The notes: a model not told the origin generated them from the letters alone. Shown: positions 48,831 to 57,621, counted from the first letter of the stretch. The stretch is 64,000 bases of DNA from Candidatus Pacearchaeota archaeon (GCA_009694725.1 SICV01000003.1:21381-85380), one strand, 5' to 3'. Numbers and translations are program-made.

Positions 48831-49853
48831 ATGGACATGAAATGGTGGGTGATTGGAGTTTGCATTATCGTTATTTTGGGCATTAGTGGATGGATTTGGC
48901 AGGATGTGCGGATCTCTCCGAGTGAGCTTCTCATTTGTCATACCTTGCAGGAAGGGGTAGATGGGGGACCTTCTCTTGTTTTTTTTGGGAGTAAAGAAGA
49001 AACTGAACGATACATGAATGTTTTGTATGGGGTGAAGCCTTTTGATGAAGCGAAAGATCGCTTTACCGTTTCGTATATTGATTCAGTGGTGCCGACCTGT
49101 GAATTATACAAGGGGATTGCGTTGTTATGTTATTCTCGAGAGTTAGTGCAACAAGCTGCTGCGTGCGAGCATGAGTATATTGTGGTGTTACAAGAACAAC
49201 CTGCCGTGATTCGTAGTTCCGCGTTTAAGGGAGTTATTAGTTTGAATACTGCTCATCAACTTTCAGTATTCGCTCATGAATTTGGGCATGCGTTTGGAGA
49301 TTTTGCTGAAGAATATACTCCTGCTTCTCTTCCTTCTTCAAGCGATAATTGTCAAGCATCTTGCGATGATTTTGCTGTTTCAGACGGGTGTTATCAAGGA
49401 TGTTCTGAAACAGGGTATTATCGTTCTATTGATCTGGGTATCATGCGGAGTTTACAGACTACACAGTATGGGATTTGGCATGAAGCGTATTTGAGAGACT
49501 TATTGGGTGTGCAAGGTTCGTCATCAATTACAGGGAATGCGATTGCCCCTGGTGATTGTGCGACGCAATCGTATTCATTGGTGCATCTCGTGAAACGAGA
49601 TGGTAAAACCATTATTCAAGGGGTGAGTGCTGAAACGGGATGTGCTTTGCCGGTATCTACTGTTGAAACAACTTCTTTTCAGATTTTTACAGACGCTCAA
49701 GAGATACATGCGTTGCAATTAACGGGCGAAACGTTTGCCTTTGAAGGGGATTTATTTATTCCTGTTTCGGGAGCTGTTGAAACACTTGCAATTAAGACGA
49801 ATGGTCAACTTGTTGGGGAGGTGCATCTTGGTGCAACACTCTGTCGGGCGTAA
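48831..49853 (+). CDS. Membrane-anchored zinc metallopeptidase (M64-like)
   Basis: AHEFGHAFGDFAEEY, Met-turn-like IMRS, many Cys. Confidence 0.75.
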   Translation: MDMKWWVIGVCIIVILGISGWIWQDVRISPSELLICHTLQEGVDGGPSLVFFGSKEETERYMNVLYGVKPFDEAKDRFTVSYIDSVVPTCELYKGIALLCYSRELVQQAAACEHEYIVVLQEQPAVIRSSAFKGVISLNTAHQLSVFAHEFGHAFGDFAEEYTPASLPSSSDNCQASCDDFAVSDGCYQGCSETGYYRSIDLGIMRSLQTTQYGIWHEAYLRDLLGVQGSSSITGNAIAPGDCATQSYSLVHLVKRDGKTIIQGVSAETGCALPVSTVETTSFQIFTDAQEIHALQLTGETFAFEGDLFIPVSGAVETLAIKTNGQLVGEVHLGATLCRA

Positions 49854-50280
49854 AGGTTTAGCTCCGGTGGTAGGTGTAGCATTGCTTATTGCTCTGGGAG
49901 TTATTGCTGTTGTTGGTTTAGGGGTGTTTGTTTTGGATTTAACGAGTAAACCGCAACTTTCGCCAACTGTGAGTTGTTTTGATGCACAAACTGAATCTCC
50001 TTTTGTTGTAAGTGCCGTTTGTTATAATCAGACGAATAACGTTGTGCAGATAGACATGCATCGTATTGCTACTTCGTTTGCATACGATTCGTTACTTTTT
50101 ACGGTCGAAGGAACGACCAGTAGTTCGTGGACGTGTGGTAAAGGATGCGGATTGTGTACGTTAGGGGCCTTTGGTCAGAGTAAGAAATATTATTCCTTGC
50201 CCTTAGATTCAGTGCCTTCTACCTTGAAAGTACTAGCGAATGGATGCGAGTTAGCACGTGCTTTTGTTCAGCGATGTTAA
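49831..50280 (+). CDS. Archaeal type IV pilin-like protein
   Basis: Class III signal RKG|LAPVVGVALLIALGV; Cys pairs; GTG start assumed. Confidence 0.75.
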   Translation: MQHSVGRKGLAPVVGVALLIALGVIAVVGLGVFVLDLTSKPQLSPTVSCFDAQTESPFVVSAVCYNQTNNVVQIDMHRIATSFAYDSLLFTVEGTTSSSWTCGKGCGLCTLGAFGQSKKYYSLPLDSVPSTLKVLANGCELARAFVQRC

Positions 50281-50281
50281 T

Positions 50282-50530
50282 TTATTCGTCTAAACAGCGT
50301 CTGAGTTGTTCATAGGGTAGTCTTAAACCGTCACCCAGGGTTACGGTGAGATCTTTATTAGAAAAAAGATATACTTCTTCTGATATTATATCTTTTATCG
50401 TTCCTCCTCGTTCAGTTAGTAGACGTCGTGCGTCCGATTTACTGAGATGATACGTTCCGATTTCAACCCGTTCTTCTCTTTCACTATACTGAATAGTCAT
50501 ATCGGGAGTGCGTATCCATTTTGTATTCAT
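50282..50530 (-). CDS. Small hypothetical protein
   Basis: Starts 2 nt after the rfcL stop. Confidence 0.5.
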   Translation of the reverse strand: MNTKWIRTPDMTIQYSEREERVEIGTYHLSKSDARRLLTERGGTIKDIISEEVYLFSNKDLTVTLGDGLRLPYEQLRRCLDE

Positions 50531-50531
50531 A

Positions 50532-51695
50532 CTATTTTATCAAGAACGCAATTTCGTCTTCGTTGAGTCTGAGCTGTTCTTGTACGCCTGGTTGTTTAAT
50601 GATGTGGCGAATGATTTCAAAATCTCTCATTGCTCGAGGAATAGAGCAGTGTGCATACAGTGCGTATTTTTTCGCGATGCTTTTCTTTTGGATTATTTTT
50701 TGATTGTGTTGCCAAATTTTGAGAATACGTTTCGGGGCTTGATAGGAGGTAAATCCTGGTTGGGGAGAGGGCTTTGCATATGAAATGCCTGCACTTTGAA
50801 AGATATTCTGATAGACGAGAAATCGCCAGAATTGATTTTTGTAAATTCTTCCCCTGAATATATCTGCTTTACTTAATGCGGCGTATGCTTTGACGAGAGA
50901 TTCATTCCGATATTCTCGGGGAATATTTTCTTCAATCCAAAGTAAAACTTCATCTAAGGAGAGTTTGGTGTTATCAAAAAGATCAAGAAAATCGCTTCGT
51001 TCTTTGAATAATCGACGGAGAATGTTAAATATGTTTTCTTCTACATCTCTTCGTTCAGTTGTGTCTACTTTACTATCTGTGTGCGCGTAAGAGTGCAGAT
51101 CATTGAGGGCTGCTCTGAGGTCGCCTTGTGATTTAATGGCAAGTTGTTGTAAGGTGGTATTGTCTTTAGTGACTGCTTCTTTTGTTGCGATTGTTTGTAA
51201 GAGTTGTACTATTGTTGCAGGGGGCAATGCCTTCATTTCTATTAGTGTGCATAGTTGCCGAATAGGGGCGAGTTTTGATTGCCAAATATCATTGCAGGTC
51301 ATAATAATTGGGTGTTTGCTTATGTCTAGAATGCGGGTTAATTCTGGAATGCCTCCGATGTCGCTTCCGGTGACTCCATCTACTTCATCCATTACGATAA
51401 TCTTTCCTTTTTTAAAGAGGCTTTGTTGGAGTGTTGCTGGTTTGAGGAGTTCTTCGAGTTTTGCTTTATTCCGTGTGTCTGATGCATTGAGCTCAAAGAC
51501 TTCGAGATTATTTTCATATGCTGCTGCAAGGGCTAGTGACGTTTTTCCCGTACCTGCAGGCCCATGGAGAATAATTCCCTTTCGTTTGGGGAAATCATGG
51601 AGGAATGCTTTTATTTCGAGAATTGCTTTTTCTTGTCCGATAAAATCAGTGTATTTGATTGCTCGGTACTTTTCTGCAAGATTTTCGTAGACCAT
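50532..51695 (-). CDS. rfcL: Replication factor C large subunit
   Basis: GPAGTGKT, ELNASD.R, DEVDG, GDLRAALN, WIEENIP. Confidence 0.95.
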   Translation of the reverse strand: MVYENLAEKYRAIKYTDFIGQEKAILEIKAFLHDFPKRKGIILHGPAGTGKTSLALAAAYENNLEVFELNASDTRNKAKLEELLKPATLQQSLFKKGKIIVMDEVDGVTGSDIGGIPELTRILDISKHPIIMTCNDIWQSKLAPIRQLCTLIEMKALPPATIVQLLQTIATKEAVTKDNTTLQQLAIKSQGDLRAALNDLHSYAHTDSKVDTTERRDVEENIFNILRRLFKERSDFLDLFDNTKLSLDEVLLWIEENIPREYRNESLVKAYAALSKADIFRGRIYKNQFWRFLVYQNIFQSAGISYAKPSPQPGFTSYQAPKRILKIWQHNQKIIQKKSIAKKYALYAHCSIPRAMRDFEIIRHIIKQPGVQEQLRLNEDEIAFLIK

Positions 51696-51701
51696 GGCTA
51701 T

Positions 51702-52670
51702 CTAGAGTGCTTTTCCTTGACCAGCAAGCACGAAACTGGCGAGAAGAGCTTGGAGCTGAATGAACTCATCACTTCCCTCAGTCATCCGAAATTCACATTC
51801 TCCTGTTTTTTCGGTGAGACGTACTTTTACTTCTGGTTCAATGGGGAGATTCCAAATTTCTTTTTGCATGATTTTGATGAGATCTTGACCAGAAATACTT
51901 TCTTTGAGCATGACTTCCAGTAATTTATCTCGCCCATTGATAAAATCACCTGCAAGGGCATAATCGAGGACTACTCTCACACCCGTGGGTCTATTCGAGG
52001 ATGAAATCATATTAATCATTTCAGCGTTAATATCCATGGCAATTGAGGCAGTTGCTTGTAACAGATTAATGGCGCGTCTGCAATCGCCTTCTGAAGCTTC
52101 GTAGAGTGTTTCTAATGCTTCAGGGGTTAAGGTAAGTTTTTCTTTTTCAGCAATACGTTTGATGACTTCCACAACATCTTTTTTCTCAAGGAGTTTGAAA
52201 CGAAAGACGACACATCGCGATTGGATGGGGTCGATGATATTTGAAGAATAATTACAGCTCATGATGAAACGACAGGTGTTGGTATAGTTCTCCATTGTTC
52301 TTCGCAGAGCTTGCTGGGCTTCTTTGGTAAGGGCGTCAGCTTCATCAAGGAAAATAACTTTGAAGGGGATGTTTTCCAATGCGCGTGTTCGAGCAAAATC
52401 TTTTACTTTTTGTCTAATGACGTCTATTCCTCGCTCATCTGACGCATTGAGTTCAAGATAATTATCTTTCCATGCATCTCCGAAGAGTTGTTTTACCGTA
52501 ATTAAGGCAAGTGTTGATTTCCCGGTGCCTGCAGGACCCGCAAACATAAGGTGAGGGATGTTCATTGCTTGTACTAATGAGCGCACTCGTTTGAGGATTT
52601 CTTGTTGGCCTACCACCTCTTCAAATGTATGTGGGCGGTATCTCTCCGTCCAGATGTCTGATTGTGACAT
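51702..52670 (-). CDS. rfcS: Replication factor C small subunit
   Basis: WTERYRP, ELNASDERG, DEAD, AQQALRRTME, SRC; no intein. Confidence 0.97.
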   Translation of the reverse strand: MSQSDIWTERYRPHTFEEVVGQQEILKRVRSLVQAMNIPHLMFAGPAGTGKSTLALITVKQLFGDAWKDNYLELNASDERGIDVIRQKVKDFARTRALENIPFKVIFLDEADALTKEAQQALRRTMENYTNTCRFIMSCNYSSNIIDPIQSRCVVFRFKLLEKKDVVEVIKRIAEKEKLTLTPEALETLYEASEGDCRRAINLLQATASIAMDINAEMINMISSSNRPTGVRVVLDYALAGDFINGRDKLLEVMLKESISGQDLIKIMQKEIWNLPIEPEVKVRLTEKTGECEFRMTEGSDEFIQLQALLASFVLAGQGKAL

Positions 52671-52768
52671 GACTCAGTGAGCGTTGGAGGGATTATAAAG
52701 ATTTATGTGGTTTTCAGTTCCACGTCGTCGATAAATCCCTTTCTTCAGAATTTGTATTTTGAGGCTTG

Positions 52769-52885
52769 TTATGCCGAGCGAGCGCGATGCATCTTTCTAC
52801 GACGCTTTTCTTTGCGAAGTCGCTTGCGCTGCCACTTCCATCTCATTTGATTTTTCTTCTTCCATCTTCGTGAGGATCGCTTCAT
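52769..52885 (-). CDS. rpl41e: Ribosomal protein eL41 (not in ORF track)
   Basis: Hand translation MKRSSRRWKKKNQMRWKWQRKRLRKEKRRRKMHRARSA; TTTATAAA upstream. Confidence 0.85.
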   Translation of the reverse strand: MKRSSRRWKKKNQMRWKWQRKRLRKEKRRRKMHRARSA

Positions 52886-52936
52886 TGAATAGCGATTGAA
52901 GGGACGCTTTATAAAGCTTATTGGCTCGTATTCTCT

Positions 52937-53689
52937 ATGGGATATTGGCCAGTTGTATTTGATATGTTGCGTGATGTAGACATCGTTATTATGGTCGGAG
53001 ATGCTCGTATGCCTGATTTATCGATTAATCAAGAAGTTATTAAGCATGCACGTAACAATGGTAAACAGATTGTGATTGTGTATACCAAGCGAGATTTGAT
53101 TGGAAGAGAGCGTTTGAATTCATTACAGGGACATTATCCACAAGCATTATTTGTTGCAGGGGTTAAAAATGAAGGAATTTCCGCACTTCGTCGTGAACTA
53201 CAAATTATGGGTAAACGTATGAAACTTGATGAAGCGAAAGTGGGGGTATTTGGGTATCCCAATGTCGGAAAATCTGCGCTCATTAATGCTCTTGCTCGTG
53301 GAAGACGAGCATTAGTGGCGAATCAACCAGGAACGACGCGCGGGGTACAATGGATTAAGGCTGCAGGGTTGTGTATTCTTGATTCTCCCGGGGTCATTCC
53401 AATGGTTGACAAGAATCGAAAATTGGTATTATTGGGGAGTAAATCTCCAGATATGTTGCTTGCACCTGATAAGCATGCGTTTGATATTTTAACGATGTTT
53501 TTAGTGAAGTGTCCTGAACGTTTGAAAGAATATTATAAATTGGATGAGCTTGCATTAGAACCGTATGATTTACTGCTTCAAATTGGAGAAGCTCGAAAAT
53601 TTGTAAAGAAAGGTGGGGTTGTTGATGAAGATAGAACTGCGCGGACGATTATTCGGGAATGGCAGATTGGGAAATTGAAGTTAGATTAA
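52937..53689 (+). CDS. Circularly permuted GTPase, RbgA/YlqF family
   Basis: DAR.P, TKRD, GYPNVGKS, GTTR, DSPG. Confidence 0.93.
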   Translation: MGYWPVVFDMLRDVDIVIMVGDARMPDLSINQEVIKHARNNGKQIVIVYTKRDLIGRERLNSLQGHYPQALFVAGVKNEGISALRRELQIMGKRMKLDEAKVGVFGYPNVGKSALINALARGRRALVANQPGTTRGVQWIKAAGLCILDSPGVIPMVDKNRKLVLLGSKSPDMLLAPDKHAFDILTMFLVKCPERLKEYYKLDELALEPYDLLLQIGEARKFVKKGGVVDEDRTARTIIREWQIGKLKLD

Positions 53690-54777
53690 TTATTAAATCT
53701 AATTCTCTCAAAATCATCTTTGAGACGAGTAATTTGTTCGTAGTCGAGGAGAGCGGCATGGATTTCGGTGCTTTTGACTGTTTTTTCAAGTGTACCTGCA
53801 TTTTTGATGAGGTCGGCTATCTTTGCATCATCCAGGAACGTTTTATCAAGGATTCTCCAGCCTTTGATTGGAACATGGTGCGCTTGTTCATAGCCGAGAA
53901 CTTTGAGAAGGTTTTCAGTATCCAAGAGTTCATCGTAGTTTAAGGTGTGGAGGAGGAGTTGAGATTTTTTGACATCTAATTTTGTGTAATCTTTGATGAC
54001 CAGTAACGTTTCTTTTTCTACATCCTGAATAAGTTCTTTGAGGCGTGCTTTGAGAAGGGTGCTTTCATTTCCGAGTTCAATGATATAGCGTTTCATATCT
54101 TGGGCAATGCTTTGGATAATTGCCCCCTTTTGGATAACCAAGAGGCCTTTGTGTAAGCTTGGATGGGATTTCAATTCTAATTGATTCAGGCGTTCTACGT
54201 GGAGGTCAAAGAGCGTTCTTTGCTTTTCAATTGCTTGTAATTGTTCATTTGCTTTTCTTCTGATTTCTTCAGTTGCTTTAATGGGATAGCGTAAATTTTT
54301 GTAGAAGAGTGTTACTTCATGTCTTCGTTCAGAGATTGCGATTACTAACGTGCCAATTTGTTTCGCGGTTCGTTCCGCTGCTTTGTGACGAGTTCCTGTT
54401 TCTAAGCTTTTGATACCTGCTTGAGGAGTGAGCATAACATTGGCATAACTAATGCGTTTGAGATCTGAAGAAACGATAATTGATCCATCCATTTTACAGA
54501 GTTCAACAAAACGTTGCGGGGTGAATCTACAATTGACTCTGAATCCTCCGTCGATGATTGGGACGAGTTGTTCATTTTCTACTACCATTAACGCTCCCTT
54601 TCCTGCCTTTAATGCCGAATCCATTCCTGCACGTAGCTGTGTTCCAGGGGCAACCATTTTCAAAGCCATAAAAAATTCTTCTTCACTTACCTTCGCGCTT
54701 TGTTGTACGGGCACAATTGTGTCTTGTACTTCCTTATCGGGAACATCTGCAAGTTGTTTTTGTAATTCTTGGTCCAT
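53686..54777 (-). CDS. disA: DisA-like diadenylate cyclase
   Basis: VAPGT.LR, ELCKMDGS, ETGTRHKAAERTA, ISERR, DisA linker region. Confidence 0.85.
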   Translation of the reverse strand: MDQELQKQLADVPDKEVQDTIVPVQQSAKVSEEEFFMALKMVAPGTQLRAGMDSALKAGKGALMVVENEQLVPIIDGGFRVNCRFTPQRFVELCKMDGSIIVSSDLKRISYANVMLTPQAGIKSLETGTRHKAAERTAKQIGTLVIAISERRHEVTLFYKNLRYPIKATEEIRRKANEQLQAIEKQRTLFDLHVERLNQLELKSHPSLHKGLLVIQKGAIIQSIAQDMKRYIIELGNESTLLKARLKELIQDVEKETLLVIKDYTKLDVKKSQLLLHTLNYDELLDTENLLKVLGYEQAHHVPIKGWRILDKTFLDDAKIADLIKNAGTLEKTVKSTEIHAALLDYEQITRLKDDFERIRFNN

Positions 54778-54847
54778 ACCTCTCCTCTCTTTTGAGAAGT
54801 AGTGGTTGTATATAAGTGTTTTTAAGGTTTTGTTCTTCTTTGTAGCT

Positions 54848-55480
54848 ATGCGTTATGTTTCTTTGCTTGCGCTTACCGGGATTCTTGGATGTACTTCCGG
54901 TTGTGTGACTCGTTCTGAACAATGGAAACGGCCCGTTACTGCTTACATTGATCGAATGCAATCTCCTGAACGAATTGTTTGGCAAGAGAGAGCGGGGGCA
55001 CACCCACTTTATGATTTGATTCCTCGCCATCGTGAACAGATCCCGGTGTGGGCTTTGGGCACCTGGGGAACGTGGGCATTAGTAGGTAATGATGAAGATG
55101 GGATTTTCGGGGAACGTGGAGGGTATACGGCGCCCCCTTCATTTTTGAGTGCTGGTTCGTGGGCTCTTCGTAACCCGTTCCATAATGTTACGTTTCATGT
55201 TATTGGCAGCGCGGATAAGACGAATCATACCGCGTTTACTTTACTTTCTTTAGGCATGGATCGCGTTTCTGTTTGTACTCCCTATACGACACAATATGCC
55301 TCTGGAGCAGGGTTGAATGTGCAATTACATGATGCCAAACCCTTTGTTTCATTTTATATGCCTCTCTGGAAGAGAAGAGAATTTCAGTTATATGCTGGCT
55401 GGCGTGAACGAGGTAATTTCGGTCTTGCGTTTCGCCCTTGGCAGAAACGTGAAACCCTCAAAGCCACCGCCGGGGATTGA
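54848..55480 (+). CDS. Hypothetical lipoprotein-like protein
   Basis: N-terminal LLALTGILGC lipobox-like; WALVGNDEDGIFGE, RNPFHN; stop lies inside tRNA-Thr. Confidence 0.7.
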   Translation: MRYVSLLALTGILGCTSGCVTRSEQWKRPVTAYIDRMQSPERIVWQERAGAHPLYDLIPRHREQIPVWALGTWGTWALVGNDEDGIFGERGGYTAPPSFLSAGSWALRNPFHNVTFHVIGSADKTNHTAFTLLSLGMDRVSVCTPYTTQYASGAGLNVQLHDAKPFVSFYMPLWKRREFQLYAGWRERGNFGLAFRPWQKRETLKATAGD

Positions 55481-55533
55481 ACCCGGGACCTTCACATTAC
55501 CAATGTGACGCTCTACCACTGAGCTACGGAGGC
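55462..55533 (-). tRNA. tRNA-Thr(GGT)
   Basis: GCCTCCG/CGGTGGC acceptor (T4-T69 mismatch), TCACA-TTGGTAA-TGTGA, CCGGG-TTCAATC-CCCGG. Confidence 0.92.
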
Positions 55534-55567
55534 TTAGTCAGTGGATGTTTTGGACGGTTTAAAAAGA

Positions 55568-55804
55568 CTACTTTGACTTATTTGTTGTGTTCTTTTCAGG
55601 GATTGTTGTCTCAGGAGTCCAATCTAATTTGATGGCATTGCCTGTAATGGTGCCGAGATTTTTCCCTGCTTTGAGTGTCCACGCATAATAGAGTTTGCCA
55701 AATTCAAATCGTTCTTCAGGGTCAATAAGGTGGAGATTATGGTTGCCTGCAATGAGGAGGCCCGCAATGTAGAGAAAGAGGGCAATAATAACGATTATTT
55801 TCAT
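55568..55804 (-). CDS. Small membrane protein, paralog of 55801-56112
   Basis: TM followed by KLYYAW..N..ITGNAIKLDW. Confidence 0.8.
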   Translation of the reverse strand: MKIIVIIALFLYIAGLLIAGNHNLHLIDPEERFEFGKLYYAWTLKAGKNLGTITGNAIKLDWTPETTIPEKNTTNKSK

Positions 55805-56112
55805 GGTGAGATTGATGAGGCGTTAATGTTCCAATCTTGTTGGACTGCATAGCCTGCAATTTTGAAAAAATTGCTTGAAGCAGTGGCAAGCCAGACTGAG
55901 TAGATTTTAATGACTTGCGTGAGACCTTCAAAGGTTGTTACATCTGCTTTGTTATCGTTGTAGACTTTTGTGAAGGTAATTGCAAAGAAGAGGATGACTG
56001 CGATAATTGCAACAAGGCCAACATGGTGCTTAATTTCTCGTAGTTTAAAGAGTACGACTAAAAGCATTACTGCTAAGACAAGTATTACGATAAGTCCAAT
56101 GCTGAGTACCAT
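55801..56112 (-). CDS. Small membrane protein
   Basis: Two TMs followed by KIYSVW..N..IAGYAVQQDW; ATGA overlap with the paralog. Confidence 0.8.
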   Translation of the reverse strand: MVLSIGLIVILVLAVMLLVVLFKLREIKHHVGLVAIIAVILFFAITFTKVYNDNKADVTTFEGLTQVIKIYSVWLATASSNFFKIAGYAVQQDWNINASSISP

Positions 56113-56230
56113 TTCATCACCTCATTTTCATGAGGGAGAGGGTGTATAAAAGCATTCCGGGGGAAGCTTTGGAATCGAAGGAAAGCGTTCTTGGGAAGCT
56201 TTAAAACCCATTTTTGGTACGTGCCGGTAT

Positions 56231-56303
56231 AGCCCCGTCGTATAGTGGTCAAGTATTCGAGCTTCTGGGGCTCGAGACCCCGGTTCGAATCCGGGCGGGG
56301 CTA
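56231..56303 (+). tRNA. tRNA-Gln(CTG)
   Basis: AGCCCCG/CGGGGCT acceptor with the archaeal A1-U72, CGAGC-TTCTGGG-GCTCG, CCCGG-TTCGAAT-CCGGG. Confidence 0.94.
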
Positions 56304-56437
56304 TTCTTTTTCCGTTTGGTATCTGATGTACGTTTTAGTGAGGGGTTGAGGGAGAGCATGCCCCTATTTTTGATTGTTATTCTCTATTCTTTTTTTGAGC
56401 ATCATCCTTATATAGCGTATCGTAATCATGACTGAAC

Positions 56438-56636
56438 GCCCACGTAGTCTAGTGGTCAAGGACGCGGCCCTCTCGCACTGCCGAACATCCGATCGATGAG
56501 AATGGCATGTTCAGTCCCTCTTGGGACAGGCACTGATTTTTTACGAGGAGCATCTCACGATGTTCTGAGTTGCCAGGCCCTCATATTGAGGGCGTGGAGT
56601 ACGGCTGAGACCCGGGTTCAAATCCCGGCGAGGGCA
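56438..56636 (+). tRNA. tRNA-Glu(CTC) with 126-nt intron (56476-56601) at 37/38
   Basis: GCCCACG/CGAGGGC acceptor (A5-A68 mismatch), CGGCC/GGCTG stem, BHB CTCT/GGAG with bulges CGC and TAC, CCGGG-TTCAAAT-CCCGG. Confidence 0.88.
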
Positions 56637-56707
56637 TCTTATTACTCCGTAGGGAGCAAGCCCACAGCGAAGCGAGTAGCTGCGCAGCAAGAGAGGAATG
56701 AGAAGCG

Positions 56708-56992
56708 TTAGAATTCTTTCTTTATTTTATTAATAATCTTTTTTTCCTCTTGTGTGATTTCTTTAGCGATTATTATTTCTTCTTGTTTAATGAACGCTTC
56801 AGGTTTTCTGAGTTTGTGTTTGATGACCATGTGACGAGCCCAGAGAAATTCTGATGAGAGGAGGATGAGGCCCCCGATGATGATTGGTATGCCTGGTCCG
56901 GGGATGAACAGAAGGATGAACCCGATGAGAAGGAGTGTGATGCCCATGATGCCGATAGTTATTTTTTTGAGAAGCGCATAGGTGATGTTCAT
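56708..56992 (-). CDS. PGPGW-family membrane protein
   Basis: LLFIPGPGIPIIIGGLILLSSEFLWA. Confidence 0.85.
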   Translation of the reverse strand: MNITYALLKKITIGIMGITLLLIGFILLFIPGPGIPIIIGGLILLSSEFLWARHMVIKHKLRKPEAFIKQEEIIIAKEITQEEKKIINKIKKEF

Positions 56993-57030
56993 GTATCTTT
57001 ATCAGGAGATACGTATTTAAACCGTGTGAA

Positions 57031-57504
57031 ATGCGCAGAGATATGTTACCTCAATTAACGAAAGACTATCCTGCGTTACAGGTGAAATATGGTCTGCCTT
57101 CGTTGAGTGCGTTAAATCGAGATTTTGAATTGGATAAAATTGATGTGGAAACAGAGTTTGTGCCTCGGACGATTCGTAAGTGTATGATGGATAAGATGGT
57201 TAACTGTCTTAATTTCTTTGATATGTTACTCACCCCTCAACAAGCTCCTCGCATTTATCTTCCTTTTTTGCAAACGATGACGGTTGCGGATAAACAGAAG
57301 CTTGAACAGTTATATTCTGCATTTGGTACGTTAAGTGTTGAGTGTTTAGCTTTGGAGCTTGATTATTCTGAACAGAAAGAAGCAGAGATGATTACACGCA
57401 TTGCTCAAGTTTGGGGAGAACAACGAGGAGCATTTACTGCCCTGGTGAGTCATATTCGGAATCCAACACCGATGCAACGCAAAGAAAAGAGCTATGCTGG
57501 GTAA
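57031..57504 (+). CDS. Hypothetical protein
   Basis: KYGLPS..LNRDFE..SYAG; TTTAAA upstream. Confidence 0.8.
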   Translation: MRRDMLPQLTKDYPALQVKYGLPSLSALNRDFELDKIDVETEFVPRTIRKCMMDKMVNCLNFFDMLLTPQQAPRIYLPFLQTMTVADKQKLEQLYSAFGTLSVECLALELDYSEQKEAEMITRIAQVWGEQRGAFTALVSHIRNPTPMQRKEKSYAG

Positions 57505-57621
57505 TTTTTTATTCACTTATTTTGTCTGGTATCGAGAGTATGTTCTTGTTGTGGAGTTCATGAGTATCATGTATTTTATATGCGCCCATATTAGAAATGT
57601 AAAAAAGACACTCTTTAAACG

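Noticed and set aside
126-52670. Inteins in MCM, TopA, PolB, Cdc48 or RFC
   Set aside because: All have normal lengths and contiguous motifs, with no splice-junction insertions.
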